Virus record (IMG/VR): IMGVR_UViG_3300047510_001751
Location: 64,001-128,000 of that record
Strand: one strand, 5' to 3'
Origin: a virus
DNA length: 64,000 bases
Shown: piece after piece, positions 1 through 9,557 of the stretch
Layout: every line of letters begins with the position of its first letter
Position numbering within the stretch: the stretch's first letter is position 1
The notes under the pieces: generated by a model
Database searches by the model: none
The model's input: the letters and a program-made list of their open reading frames with translations, nothing else
What the model was told of the DNA's origin: nothing
Translations under genes and position numbers: made by a program

Positions 1-166
1 GAGTTTTCAATTCGCCTGTCATTTCATAACGTTTAAGCAATCTTTTGATGTACTTAAAACGATTCAAATCTTCTTCAAAGTCTTCGTATGTAACTGAAGA
101 AGGATTGTCATAATGTTTAATAGCAAAGATAACCCAGTTATCTTTTGTCAACTCACCAAAGTTCAT
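1..166 (-). CDS. Conserved T4-like phage hypothetical protein (runs off window edge)
   Basis: Hand translation MNFGELTKDNWVIFAIKHYDNPSSVTYEDFEEDLNRFKYIKRLLKRYE...; resembles a widespread myovirus ORF; ATG lies just after the stop of the 312-aa ORF. Confidence 0.75.
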   Translation of the reverse strand, partial: MNFGELTKDNWVIFAIKHYDNPSSVTYEDFEEDLNRFKYIKRLLKRYEMTGELKT

Positions 167-172
167 GTATTA

Positions 173-1111
173 TCAAGCAAAAATATTATTGTCAACTGTT
201 AGGGTTGCTGTATTAGAAATGACTTCTTCAGCACCAGCAGATGATGTGAGCTTGACACGATACTGATAACCGTTAGAAGCAGTGGTAAGTGCTGTAAGAG
301 CTAGCGAAGAGCTAGTAGCACCAGAAACATTGGTCCACTTAGCAGTAGAACTAGTTCTACGCTGCCACTGATAAACAAGTGATCCAGTAGAAGCAGCGGC
401 AGTTACCGAGAAGGTAGCAGCAGCAGTTCCAACTGTATCAACAGTGATTACGAGGTCATCAGTTGTATCTACACCACCAATAGTTGAACCAAGAATAGTA
501 ATTGTTTCGGCAGCAGCGAATCCAGTGCCAACAGCAGTGATAGCAACCGAAGCAATCGCTCCACCAGCACCTCTGGTTACAGTAAACGCTGCTCCAGTTC
601 CAGCAGCAGATCCAGCAAGACCAGTTAGAGTATAAACTTCATCTGCTTCTCCAGCTAGAGTTGTTCCAGCACCAGCAGTATAAGCGGTGATTGAACCAGC
701 AGGTGTGTAAGCAGTAGCGTTAGCAGGTTGACCAGAAATAGTGATAGCAGATGCTACGTCAGCAGCAACGTTGTCATCGAGGTCAGCAGTGTTAGCAGGG
801 GCATCTTTGAATGCTACGAGATGCTGAGCCTTATGGCGAGTAGCACCAGAAGCATCAGTGTATGTGAAATATTCCCACCAACCAGGAGCAGTCAATCCAC
901 GCTCTCTGTTTTCTGGGAGTGTTGCTTCGACATCATCAATATAAACTGTTCTACGAGCAGCAGTAGCATAACCTTGGGCACCAGGAACAGTGCTTGGACC
1001 ATTAACGATTAGAGTATTATCCCAATCATACTTGTCTACAGAGTTCTTCTCTGTGGTATTCAATACTTTTAAACTTTGTGCGTTATTTTCAGAACGACTG
1101 TAGAGAGCCAT
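173..1111 (-). CDS. Virion surface protein with C-terminal Ig-like domain (Hoc-like decoration/fibre)
   Basis: C-terminus ATFSVTA...YQWQR...W.NVSGATSSSL.L......NGYQYRV is a typical phage Ig-like repeat; TATAAATA late promoter upstream. Confidence 0.7.
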   Translation of the reverse strand: MALYSRSENNAQSLKVLNTTEKNSVDKYDWDNTLIVNGPSTVPGAQGYATAARRTVYIDDVEATLPENRERGLTAPGWWEYFTYTDASGATRHKAQHLVAFKDAPANTADLDDNVAADVASAITISGQPANATAYTPAGSITAYTAGAGTTLAGEADEVYTLTGLAGSAAGTGAAFTVTRGAGGAIASVAITAVGTGFAAAETITILGSTIGGVDTTDDLVITVDTVGTAAATFSVTAAASTGSLVYQWQRRTSSTAKWTNVSGATSSSLALTALTTASNGYQYRVKLTSSAGAEEVISNTATLTVDNNIFA

Positions 1112-1145
1112 TTATTTTCCCCAACGTGAACTTTATATCTACAGA

Positions 1146-1153
1146 TATTTATA
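1146..1153 (-). promoter_or_regulatory. T4-type late (gp55) promoter TATAAATA
   Basis: Exact TATAAATA on minus strand about 35 nt before the ATG at 1111. Confidence 0.8.
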
Positions 1154-1176
1154 AAAAAAGGGGAGTTACCCTCCCC
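1153..1176 (-). terminator. Rho-independent terminator
   Basis: Minus strand GGGGAG-GGTAA-CTCCCC followed by T7. Confidence 0.8.
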
Positions 1177-1318
1177 TAGTAATGTTTTTTAATTTGTTAT
1201 GTATCCAATCATATACACTATTTTCTTTAATTTTTTTGTTATGTCCCATCCACTCTGAGATGGCAAATAATAAAAGAAAAAATATATCAGCTAAAATGTT
1301 TCCTAAAAAACATTCCAT
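1166..1318 (-). CDS. Small membrane protein (50 aa), holin-like candidate
   Basis: Hand translation MECFLGNILADIFFLLLFAISEWMGHNKKIKENSVYDWIHNKLKNITRGG; one hydrophobic segment, basic C-terminus; start overlaps the upstream stop; not in the ORF track. Confidence 0.6.
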   Translation of the reverse strand: MECFLGNILADIFFLLLFAISEWMGHNKKIKENSVYDWIHNKLKNITRGG

Positions 1319-1485
1319 CACTCACGAAGGAGTGCTTTTCTTACCATAACAACAATCATGTCATCGATATCATTGTCTGTCGATTTAGCATAACGCTCAA
1401 GAAGATGAATAACAAATTCTTTTACTTCACGACTATTCATGAAGTGCTCAACAACCTTCTCGGCTACTCCTAGAAATACTTTCAT
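1318..1485 (-). CDS. Small hypothetical protein (55 aa)
   Basis: Hand translation MKVFLGVAEKVVEHFMNSREVKEFVIHLLERYAKSTDNDIDDMIVVMVRKALLRE; CTAAATA late-type box at 1521-1527 upstream. Confidence 0.7.
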   Translation of the reverse strand: MKVFLGVAEKVVEHFMNSREVKEFVIHLLERYAKSTDNDIDDMIVVMVRKALLRE

Positions 1486-1519
1486 GGTTTCAGCTCCGTA
1501 GAATATTTGGGTTCCCTTT

Positions 1520-1642
1520 TTATTTAGCGTCGTTTGGCTTTGGATCGCTTGATTGACTTTTCAAAGCACGATTAACATATTTGTTATGTTTTTTCTTTTG
1601 CTGTTTATACTCAGGGGAATTTTCATCTGGCAAGTTAGGCAT
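1520..1642 (-). CDS. Small basic hypothetical protein (40 aa; alternative GTG start at 1669)
   Basis: Hand translation MPNLPDENSPEYKQQKKKHNKYVNRALKSQSSDPKPNDAK; fills the gap between neighbours; GAGGT upstream. Confidence 0.5.
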   Translation of the reverse strand: MPNLPDENSPEYKQQKKKHNKYVNRALKSQSSDPKPNDAK

Positions 1643-1665
1643 TACCTCTACAGTGGGCAGTGCCT

Positions 1666-2739
1666 TCACTGCTTTTTTTCGTTAATCATCTCCTGACGAA
1701 TAGCAATCATTTCATCAACTTTTTTCTTAGCAGCAAGAATTTTGCCAACTTTTTTACGACGATTTAGTAGATACTTATCTGACTTATCATGATCACCATC
1801 ATTGTCAATATCTTTATCTTCTTTACCAACAGCATCAAGTTTTTTCTCGGTTAGTTCAAACTCTTCTTTCTGAGCTTTCTTCTCAGGAAGACCTTTGTGC
1901 TTAGTAGAAGCAAACTTTTCAGCTTCTTTGCTAGTTAAAGAAGCAGCAGCCTTGTCAACTTTTTCAGAACCATCGGTCATTTCACCTTTCTTCTTAGCAT
2001 GAACCATGCCCATGAATTTTTGCTGAGACTTACTAACAGCTTTCTCAACAATATCTTGAAGAGAAACTTCTTCTTTCATTTTCTTTTCATCTGGGCTCTT
2101 GCCAAATGTCTTATGAACAAGTTTATCTAATTTGGTGTGGAATTTAGTTTCAGACTTTTTATCTGCCCCTTCCTTCTCTTCTTTCATTTCAGCTTTTTTT
2201 TCTGCTTTATCTTCTGCCTTCTCATGCTTTTCTTTAGCAGACTTGCTCATCTTCTTTTCTTTTTCTTCTTCCGCTTTGCTCTCATCTTCTTCTTTTACAC
2301 AGTTGTCAACTGTCTTACCACCTTTCTTTTTGGTTCCTGCTAGCTTATAACCTTTCCAGCAAGCTTTACCATCAAGTCCTTTTTCTTTTTCAAGAATAAT
2401 GGTTTCGCCAGTTTCTAATACTGCTTCGTAAGTTGTGCCAACCAATTCTCCTGGCATCAACTCAGCTTCTTCACGCTGAACGTTTTTAGATCTCACTGTT
2501 GTATACTCAATCTCAGCGCCGTGAGACTGTTTTGTTCCAGTTCCACCAGCAATATTGATAGCTGGATCAGCTGGAGCAGCTTTTGCTTTAGGATCTTTCT
2601 TTGAGAAATCATCCTCATTACCTTTCTTTTGTAATGAAGGGATTCCTTCTTCACCAAGATGTCTCACTGCCGACTCAATCAATGCTTTCGAAAAGTCGTC
2701 ATAATGTGCTACTTGGGTCGTTGCTCGTTGTCTTTCCAT
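1666..2739 (-). CDS. Highly charged modular late protein (DUF3008-like segment, acidic DxDxDG motif); probable head-internal/core protein
   Basis: Motifs SKSQQKFMGMVHA...KFASTKHKGLPEK, CWKGY..GTKKKGGKTVDNCV, DKDIDNDGDHDKSD; ATAAATA at 2767-2773. Confidence 0.6.
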   Translation of the reverse strand: MERQRATTQVAHYDDFSKALIESAVRHLGEEGIPSLQKKGNEDDFSKKDPKAKAAPADPAINIAGGTGTKQSHGAEIEYTTVRSKNVQREEAELMPGELVGTTYEAVLETGETIILEKEKGLDGKACWKGYKLAGTKKKGGKTVDNCVKEEDESKAEEEKEKKMSKSAKEKHEKAEDKAEKKAEMKEEKEGADKKSETKFHTKLDKLVHKTFGKSPDEKKMKEEVSLQDIVEKAVSKSQQKFMGMVHAKKKGEMTDGSEKVDKAAASLTSKEAEKFASTKHKGLPEKKAQKEEFELTEKKLDAVGKEDKDIDNDGDHDKSDKYLLNRRKKVGKILAAKKKVDEMIAIRQEMINEKKQ

Positions 2740-2766
2740 CTGTAAAGCGTTATAATTTCCTTGTAT

Positions 2767-2773
2767 TATTTAT
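2767..2773 (-). promoter_or_regulatory. Late promoter ATAAATA
   Basis: ATAAATA about 28 nt upstream of the ATG at 2739. Confidence 0.65.
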
Positions 2774-2775
2774 GT

Positions 2776-2988
2776 TTAGGAAATATTTACTTCACGAATA
2801 TCTTTAACCCAAGCACGGAACATTTGATTATCTTCCGTAACAGCAATCACATAGTTAACACCTGGACGAATTATTTTGCCTTTCTGTCCAGTGTTAACAT
2901 TCATAATATAATCACCTTCCTGAAAAATTTCTTTTTGAAGATAAAACTCTTGAGTTACTTCTTGTTTTAGTTGTTTGAAACTTTTCAT
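2776..2988 (-). CDS. Hypothetical protein (70 aa), SH3/KOW-like, N-terminus MKSFKQLK
   Basis: ORF track; short beta-rich pattern (GDYIMNVNTGQKGKIIRPGVNYVIAVTE). Confidence 0.7.
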   Translation of the reverse strand: MKSFKQLKQEVTQEFYLQKEIFQEGDYIMNVNTGQKGKIIRPGVNYVIAVTEDNQMFRAWVKDIREVNIS

Positions 2989-3005
2989 TTTTGGGTTGTT
3001 TTAAA

Positions 3006-3092
3006 CGGAGGGTGGGCGAGTCGAACGCCCAAGGGCTTTAACACCTCAACTGTTTTCAAGACAGGTTCCGTCGCCAATCGGATTGACCCTCC
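3006..3092 (-). tRNA. trnS: tRNA-Ser (anticodon UGA)
   Basis: Minus strand GGAGGGT...ACCCTCC acceptor stem, anticodon loop CT-TGA-AA, long variable arm, T arm GGGCG-TTCGACT-CGCCC; no encoded CCA; one mismatch at top of anticodon stem. Confidence 0.93.
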
Positions 3093-3120
3093 AGTATTAA
3101 TGGGGCATTTGCCCCAATAT

Positions 3121-3127
3121 TATTTAT
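3121..3127 (-). promoter_or_regulatory. Late promoter ATAAATA upstream of tRNA-Ser
   Basis: ATAAATA overlapping the mazG stop, about 29 nt before the tRNA 5' end. Confidence 0.55.
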
Positions 3128-3534
3128 CGATCATCTTCTGCTCGGTGTTCCGAATAGTAGATATCGAAGTTACCACCAGGATAACGCTTCTCAAGCTTTT
3201 TCACATTACGCTCAATTACTTCATTAAAAGAAACTCCTAGAGCTTGAGTTGCTTGAGCAACATACCACATAATATCGCCCAACTCAATAATAAGATGTTC
3301 TCTATTATCGTCGTTCCAAGGTTTACCCTGGAACACCATCTTCTTAACAATCTCAAGAAACTCACCGCCTTCAGCATTAATACCAACGCCAGCAGTAAGC
3401 AGTCGTTCAATATTGGCACCTTTAGAATCAAGTTCAACAAGGCGATCAGCCAATGAACAAAAATCTTTAGAAGCATCACTGGTAACGGCATCAACGAATT
3501 CCTCGTAACGCTTAAACACAATAGTATCAGTCAT
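3124..3534 (-). CDS. mazG: MazG-family nucleoside triphosphate pyrophosphohydrolase
   Basis: GINAEGGEFLEIVKK...IELGDIMWY...N..KL..RYP motif of all-alpha NTP-PPases, as in cyanophage MazG. Confidence 0.9.
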   Translation of the reverse strand: MTDTIVFKRYEEFVDAVTSDASKDFCSLADRLVELDSKGANIERLLTAGVGINAEGGEFLEIVKKMVFQGKPWNDDNREHLIIELGDIMWYVAQATQALGVSFNEVIERNVKKLEKRYPGGNFDIYYSEHRAEDDR

Positions 3535-3537
3535 AAA

Positions 3538-4926
3538 TTAAATTACAAATTGAGAAAATTTATTAGTACGTTTTTGTTTAAAAGATGTATCTTCTAAAGG
3601 CTCAAAGGATTCTTCTTCCGCTTCAGAAACAAGATCTCCGTCTGAGTCCTCTACATTATACAACTTCATCTTCGCTCTGTCAATACCCACGGTAAACTTA
3701 CGATAGTAGGTGGGGTCGTTGTATCGGTTCTTGAGTTGCTTAACCATGAGCCTACCAGATTGTTCAAGCTCTTCAGTGCTAATAAGAGCAAACATAAAAT
3801 CAGCTGTGGCAGGAAGACCAAAGGATTCAGAAGTGTCGGTGAGATCAATGTCACTATTCCCAAAACCAGAACGAGTGGTCTGAGTTGCTGTGACAAGTGG
3901 TACGTCATTTTCAACAGCCAAACCCCTAAGCTCCTCAGCAATAGCTTTAACATATGTGTAAGAGTTTACGATATGTCCTTTATATCTAGCAGAGGCACAG
4001 ATATTAAGGTAATCAATAAAGATAATGTCTGGACGAAAATCTTTCTTGAGTGACAAATCGCTAAGCAATGCTTTGAAATGTCCAGCGTGAGCAGATGCTG
4101 TAGGGTATTCTTTAATAATAAGTTTGCCTTGTGTCTTTCTACCGATCTCCTGAACTCTAGAAGTAAAGATAGATTCGGGAAGTGCTCCAATATCTTTAAT
4201 GTTTACATTTAAGAGATTAGCGTCAATCCTTTCAGCAATCTTTTCCTCTGCCATTTCAAGAGTGATGTATAGCACATTCTTCCCCTGGGAAAGGCAAGCA
4301 GCAGCAACATGACACATAAACAAAGATTTACCAACACCAGTTCCAGCAAGAGCAACGTTAAGTGTTTTATTTGGTAGACCACCTTTGGTGATAAGATTAA
4401 ACTTCTCCAAATCGAAAGCAATTTTAGCTTCGTCTTTGTGGTAGTAATCATATCTTTGTTCGGCATTGTCTACGTAATCGTGTCCGATGTATTCATCAAA
4501 CGATACTGCCAAGGCTTCTTGAAGGATGGACGGGATAGCATCTCTTGATAACTTTTGATCTCCCCCGTCAGCAATTTTGATTGAAGCGAGTAGGGCGTTG
4601 TATATGGCCCTATCTTTACACCACTTTTCCGTGGAGTTGATGAGCCAATCTTTGTCAACCCACTCTTCACTGTATCCGTTGATCTTCGTAACGCTTTCTT
4701 TATAAGTGTCTTCAGTGAGATCATTTCTATTCTGTAAGTTAATAATTACAACTTCCTTGGTAGGAATTTTATCATACTTAGTAGAGAAATCTTGAATCTC
4801 TTCAAAGATAACTCTTTCATCAATTTCCTGAAAATAATCTGCCTTGAGGAAGGGCACTACCTTTCGGTAATACTCTTCATTACAAAGCAGATTACGTAAT
4901 ATAGATTGTTCAATCTTCTCCGTCAT
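3538..4926 (-). CDS. gp41: Replicative DNA helicase (T4 gp41, DnaB-like)
   Basis: Walker [44 protein letters not shown]. Confidence 0.96.
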   Translation of the reverse strand: MTEKIEQSILRNLLCNEEYYRKVVPFLKADYFQEIDERVIFEEIQDFSTKYDKIPTKEVVIINLQNRNDLTEDTYKESVTKINGYSEEWVDKDWLINSTEKWCKDRAIYNALLASIKIADGGDQKLSRDAIPSILQEALAVSFDEYIGHDYVDNAEQRYDYYHKDEAKIAFDLEKFNLITKGGLPNKTLNVALAGTGVGKSLFMCHVAAACLSQGKNVLYITLEMAEEKIAERIDANLLNVNIKDIGALPESIFTSRVQEIGRKTQGKLIIKEYPTASAHAGHFKALLSDLSLKKDFRPDIIFIDYLNICASARYKGHIVNSYTYVKAIAEELRGLAVENDVPLVTATQTTRSGFGNSDIDLTDTSESFGLPATADFMFALISTEELEQSGRLMVKQLKNRYNDPTYYRKFTVGIDRAKMKLYNVEDSDGDLVSEAEEESFEPLEDTSFKQKRTNKFSQFVI

Positions 4927-5941
4927 CGCTTACCCCATAAAGAAATTCTACTGATGCCTGTTCCTCAAGCTTAGCCATTACTTCCTCAGTAAAATACAGC
5001 TCAGGATTTCGTAAAATTTCTTTACCGTAAACTTTTTTTCCATTGACTTCATAACGACCAGCTGAGTTCTTCCATATACTAGCACGTTCTCCGAGTTCTA
5101 GCAACCCGTAATGACGCTCCAAGCCACGCTCATCAAAGAACAGGCGAGTCTCGACCTTTGATCCTTCACGGGTCAGACGGGACTTCTTCGCCTCACATTT
5201 AATAATGTTTCCGATGAGATCGGTTCCGTCTTTTTCTTTTTTCTTTGAGAGATAAATGATTGTGCTAGCAGAATACTTAAGACCACTACCACCGCCCATT
5301 TCTTTCGTAGGAACGTAAGCGCCAACAACGTCATAGGTATGATTAGTAACGAGCATAGGGATGTTTGCTTTGCCAAGTTTCAGTGTAAGAATTCTAAACA
5401 CTGATTTGGTAAGCTGTGCCTTGGTCATGTCACGAACATTTTTGTCGTTGGAAGCATCCTCGACTTCTTTGTTGGTGGCAAGCATTCCAAGGGAATCAAG
5501 AACAAACATGAGGGGCTTACGCTCCTCTTTAGGTTGCTCCATGTATTTATCAATGATCCTAACGGCCTGGGTTCTAAACTCTTCGATTGTATCCACTGGG
5601 AAAATAACCATTCGCTTAGAATCGATCCCTCTGCTTTCGATCATCTGCTTACTAATGGCAGACTCAGTTTCAAAGTAAATAACACCAGCATCAGGATTAA
5701 TATCGAGGAAATTACGAACGACACTAAGACAAAAGAAAGTCTTGCCTGTGCCTGATTCTCCAGCGATAGCTGTGATTTTATTTGAGGGAATGCCCCCAAA
5801 CAAAGATCCAGAAACCAAGGCATTAAACACGTAGCTACCAGTGTCAACAAAAGATTCAACGTCGCCAGCAGCAATGCCATCAGAAACAAGAGCGGCGTAT
5901 TCATTTTTACTATCTTTAATTACCTGTTGTAAAAAATCCAT
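4910..5941 (-). CDS. uvsX: RecA-like recombinase UvsX
   Basis: [39 protein letters not shown]. Confidence 0.96.
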   Translation of the reverse strand: MDFLQQVIKDSKNEYAALVSDGIAAGDVESFVDTGSYVFNALVSGSLFGGIPSNKITAIAGESGTGKTFFCLSVVRNFLDINPDAGVIYFETESAISKQMIESRGIDSKRMVIFPVDTIEEFRTQAVRIIDKYMEQPKEERKPLMFVLDSLGMLATNKEVEDASNDKNVRDMTKAQLTKSVFRILTLKLGKANIPMLVTNHTYDVVGAYVPTKEMGGGSGLKYSASTIIYLSKKKEKDGTDLIGNIIKCEAKKSRLTREGSKVETRLFFDERGLERHYGLLELGERASIWKNSAGRYEVNGKKVYGKEILRNPELYFTEEVMAKLEEQASVEFLYGVSDDGED

Positions 5942-5948
5942 AAAACTC

Positions 5949-8444
5949 CTAATTAAAAAAACTCATGAGCGAAATTTTTCGCTCGGCATTCCATCCGATA
6001 CATTCTAGCACATTTTTAAGAGGATCGTAAAATGACTTCTCAAATTGTGTTCTATAGTCCACATACTTATCCAAATTAAATTCTTCGGGCAATTTGCCAA
6101 AAAATGAAATCACATTTTCTTGGATGGGGTTTGGCATCTTGAGGTAGAGAAACTTGATCTTCTCTCCTTCCTGGATAAGAGGGTACTTGTGAGTAAGATC
6201 ATTACTTCGTACATAGTGATTATACAGTAATGCACCTCTGACCTGAATAGGCGTCCTCTCTCTATAAATCGATCCTTTAGATCCATATTTTTGTAATCCA
6301 TTACAACCTCGTGGAAAAGCAATATCGAGATAATTTTGTTTTCGAGTATCCTCTTTTATCTGCTCAATGAAATCAATAAGATCTTCATTAGTTTGATTAA
6401 TAATAATTGTGTAAGCTTTGTACAACTTGTCTCGAAAGTATGCTGGGGTAGATGATCTAGCAGTTTCCATACCACAGATTTTCATCTTTGGTTCTTTGTA
6501 TCGAACACCTTCACTATCCCATACGTTAAGAACATAACGTTTCTTGGCAGTCCAGAATCCACGATTAGCAATATTTTCTCGTTTCATTACCATTTTTTGA
6601 TCGTATGCTCTCACATAGTCCGCCAGTTCTTGGTAAGAATTTTCAATATACTTTTCAAGTTCCATCGAACAGATCTTATCAAGGAACGAGACAATGCCTT
6701 CATTAGTTTTCTCTCTTCCTTGGTATACACGATCAACCAAAGGACCCAGATTAAGGTACATAGAATCAGTATCACAAGCAATGACATAATCAACATTCTT
6801 AGTTTTTAGAACTTTATTAAGATACTGATTCATTTTTTGCTCAATCCATCGGATAGAAAGTTGACCCGACATTGTAATAGCTTCAGCAATCTCAAGTTTG
6901 TAATAACGAAAATGCTCGTTACCGATAGCACCATAAGCAGAGTTAAGTTGAATCTTACGTGCCATCTGAATATTATTACAGCGGGCAATCTCTTTCTTCA
7001 ATTCAACCGTTGGATTGTTTTCATACTCTTGCTTGGCAGCCAGCATTTTCTTTTTGTAAATAGTACGTTCCTCATAGATTTTTTCCATGAGTTTTGGCAG
7101 GAATCCTTGATACTCAGTTGTATAAAAAGTGCCATTAGCACAGAGAGTTTTTCCTGACAAGTCACTCAGATCAATCTCCTGGTTCAAAAGTCTATCTACG
7201 TTGGCATGGGGATGTCTTTCACTCAGAAGTGTTTCGGGCGAAAGATTATATTGCATAATTAAATGAGGATACAGACTGTTAAGGTCAAAGTTTACAACCC
7301 AGTCATACATTCCAGGTATGGGTTCTTTCACAAAAGCGCCAGCATACTTATTATCTTTACTGCTTTCTTTTTTGGGAGGAATAGTAATTTTTTGTTTAGC
7401 CAAGTATACGTATATGATGTTATCCCACATCCGAACCTGAGAATATACATCCTCAAAATTTACCTTGGCATCATATGCCATAGTAAAAGCAAGTTCAAGT
7501 AGTTTCATTTTATCGTCTAGTTTATCAACGAGTCGAACGTCAATGATGTTATACTTGACAAACTTATCCCAATCTTTAGTATAGAACTCTTTAAAAGTAT
7601 CAAACTCAGAGTGGTCAAGTTTTTTCTGATCAAGTTCCACAAAAGCAATATGATCGAGACGGTATGATTCCTGGTTAGTATAAGTAAATTTCTTATAGAG
7701 TTCCAAGTAATCAAGAGTAGCAATCCCCATGAGATCGTAAGCAAAATTCTTACGACCTTTAATAAAGATCTCTCGTGACATAGTATTCTTCCATGGAGAA
7801 AGAAGACGAGCTTCTGCTTCTCCAATCATTCGTTCAATACGACGATAAATGTATGGGATATCAAACAGTTGAACGTTCCATCCAGTAATTACATCTGGAT
7901 AGTTTTCCATCCACCAATGAAGAAATCCCTTTAGCAATCCAACTTCAGAATCAAAGTGAAGATAATTAACTTCCTTATCTTCATTTACATATGGGCGGGA
8001 TCCAAATACAGTAATCCTGCCCATGTCACTATCTTTAATACTGATCAAAAGAATCTCTTGGTCAGCAGATTCGATATCAGGAAATCCATTCTCGGCACCA
8101 GTTTCAATGTCCAAAGTAAAGACACGAATTTTACTGGTGTCGTATTTCATTTCATCTTCAGGATACTCCTCAAAGATGTATTGGTTTAGAAAACGTGTTT
8201 GACCATAGATTTTAAAATCATCAATATCTTTATGATCCTCAATAAATTGTTTGGCATCACGAATGCTACCCTGTTTAACAGGACGAACATTTTTACCATC
8301 TAGTGTTTTCCATTCTTCCTGTTTAGCGGAAGGCAAATATAGTGTTGGATTAAATTGTACTTTGTCTTGAAATTTTTTACCATTTTCATAACCACGAACG
8401 AGAATAGAATTTCCCGATTGTTCAACACTGGTGTAAAATTTCAT
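5949..8444 (-). CDS. gp43: Family B DNA polymerase (T4 gp43)
   Basis: Exonuclease DIET, polymerase [27 protein letters not shown]; no intein-sized insertion. Confidence 0.98.
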   Translation of the reverse strand: MKFYTSVEQSGNSILVRGYENGKKFQDKVQFNPTLYLPSAKQEEWKTLDGKNVRPVKQGSIRDAKQFIEDHKDIDDFKIYGQTRFLNQYIFEEYPEDEMKYDTSKIRVFTLDIETGAENGFPDIESADQEILLISIKDSDMGRITVFGSRPYVNEDKEVNYLHFDSEVGLLKGFLHWWMENYPDVITGWNVQLFDIPYIYRRIERMIGEAEARLLSPWKNTMSREIFIKGRKNFAYDLMGIATLDYLELYKKFTYTNQESYRLDHIAFVELDQKKLDHSEFDTFKEFYTKDWDKFVKYNIIDVRLVDKLDDKMKLLELAFTMAYDAKVNFEDVYSQVRMWDNIIYVYLAKQKITIPPKKESSKDNKYAGAFVKEPIPGMYDWVVNFDLNSLYPHLIMQYNLSPETLLSERHPHANVDRLLNQEIDLSDLSGKTLCANGTFYTTEYQGFLPKLMEKIYEERTIYKKKMLAAKQEYENNPTVELKKEIARCNNIQMARKIQLNSAYGAIGNEHFRYYKLEIAEAITMSGQLSIRWIEQKMNQYLNKVLKTKNVDYVIACDTDSMYLNLGPLVDRVYQGREKTNEGIVSFLDKICSMELEKYIENSYQELADYVRAYDQKMVMKRENIANRGFWTAKKRYVLNVWDSEGVRYKEPKMKICGMETARSSTPAYFRDKLYKAYTIIINQTNEDLIDFIEQIKEDTRKQNYLDIAFPRGCNGLQKYGSKGSIYRERTPIQVRGALLYNHYVRSNDLTHKYPLIQEGEKIKFLYLKMPNPIQENVISFFGKLPEEFNLDKYVDYRTQFEKSFYDPLKNVLECIGWNAERKISLMSFFN

Positions 8445-8728
8445 TCTTCAGATTCTTCAACAGTAGGTACAGGTTTTTCAATGTCAACCGAAGCACGGTA
8501 TTGATTGTATAGAAAATCTGATGGATCAGCAATCAAACTGATTTCAGATGATCTCACAATAAACTCACGGTCTCTGGCGTGGAGAGGGAAGGCACCCAAA
8601 CAGGTGCCGTCAACTTCATACGGGTATCTTAGCACACAATCAGGATCTCCGAACTCCACATCAGGAATTTCTTCAACTTCCGAAACAATCCAGACACCAG
8701 CAAATCTAATCAATTTAATATCATTCAT
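8441..8728 (-). CDS. Hypothetical protein, Sm-like phage family
   Basis: IKLIRF...IVSEV...CVLRYPY...RSSEISLIADP pattern shared with neighbours. Confidence 0.7.
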   Translation of the reverse strand: MNDIKLIRFAGVWIVSEVEEIPDVEFGDPDCVLRYPYEVDGTCLGAFPLHARDREFIVRSSEISLIADPSDFLYNQYRASVDIEKPVPTVEESEE

Positions 8729-9134
8729 TTGGCATCACTTCTGGATTAATAACTTTTTCAATTTCTTCTTGCTGAAGTTTAGCATTTTCAGTTTGTTCAA
8801 GTATTTTTTCTACTTGTTCAACTTTTGCTTGATATGCCATAGCTAGTCCAGGATCTGGTTGACCAATAGCAAGAATTCCGTCATAAGGAATTCTAAATTG
8901 AACATCGGTAGAATAAGGACACCACTTACTAAATTTAACTTGTAAATCTTGTTCAGGATTTTCTATGTTACCTACTTCAATAAGTTTTAATTCATAAGGA
9001 TGATTCATTACTAAGCAAATTCCTTTTCGATTTTCGCCTTCACCTTCAAAAACTTCTTGAAGAAAAGTAATTAATTTTTCTCCTGTTTTTAAAATTGCAA
9101 TAGATGGAGTATTATTCATTTTAAGATTCCTCAT
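8721..9134 (-). CDS. Hypothetical protein, Sm-like phage family
   Basis: ILKTGEKLI...LVMNHPY...FSKWCPYSTDVQFRIPYDGILAIGQP. Confidence 0.75.
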   Translation of the reverse strand: MRNLKMNNTPSIAILKTGEKLITFLQEVFEGEGENRKGICLVMNHPYELKLIEVGNIENPEQDLQVKFSKWCPYSTDVQFRIPYDGILAIGQPDPGLAMAYQAKVEQVEKILEQTENAKLQQEEIEKVINPEVMPNE

Positions 9135-9474
9135 TAAACATTTCAGGGTTGTTAATTATACTGTAATATGGTTCTACAGTTTCAATATATTTTTCCAGTA
9201 TTTGATCTTTTGGTTCTCCTATAGTCACAACGTAATCAAAGGGAACTCTAAATTGTAAATTTTTAGAAAACGGGGACCATTGTTGAAAAATAATTTTTAC
9301 TTCGTTATCGTCTACAGTATCTTTTGGGTATGTGTAAGAGATTACCATAGGAACTTCAAATAAGAAACACAATGGTTCATCCGTTTCTTCGACCATTAAT
9401 TCTGTCAATTTACAAATGATATGCTGCTTATTTTTCAGCATAACAATTTTAATGTTTTCCATAAGCACAGCCAT
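9121..9474 (-). CDS. Hypothetical protein, Sm-like phage family (start may be a few codons downstream, MENIK)
   Basis: IVMLKNKQHII...FEVPMVI...FQQWSPFSKNLQFRVPFDYVVTIGEP; clear paralogue of 8721..9134. Confidence 0.75.
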   Translation of the reverse strand: MAVLMENIKIVMLKNKQHIICKLTELMVEETDEPLCFLFEVPMVISYTYPKDTVDDNEVKIIFQQWSPFSKNLQFRVPFDYVVTIGEPKDQILEKYIETVEPYYSIINNPEMFNEES

Positions 9475-9483
9475 GATTTTTCA

Positions 9484-9512
9484 ATTATACCATAAAAAGA
9501 AATGGGGGTCAA
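9484..9512 (-). promoter_or_regulatory. Host sigma70-type promoter (TTGACC-17-TATAAT, extended -10)
   Basis: Minus strand TTGACC CCCATTTCTTTTTATGG TATAAT directly upstream of the Sm-like genes and gp43. Confidence 0.85.
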
Positions 9513-9537
9513 GGTTGGATTTTGCCAACCAGACCCC
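9494..9537 (-). terminator. Terminator/structured element downstream of hsp20
   Basis: GGGGTC..GGTTGG-CAAAAT-CCAACC..GACCCC hairpin followed by ATTTCTTTTT. Confidence 0.7.
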
Positions 9538-9557
9538 AGCGCCGACGATATTCGATA

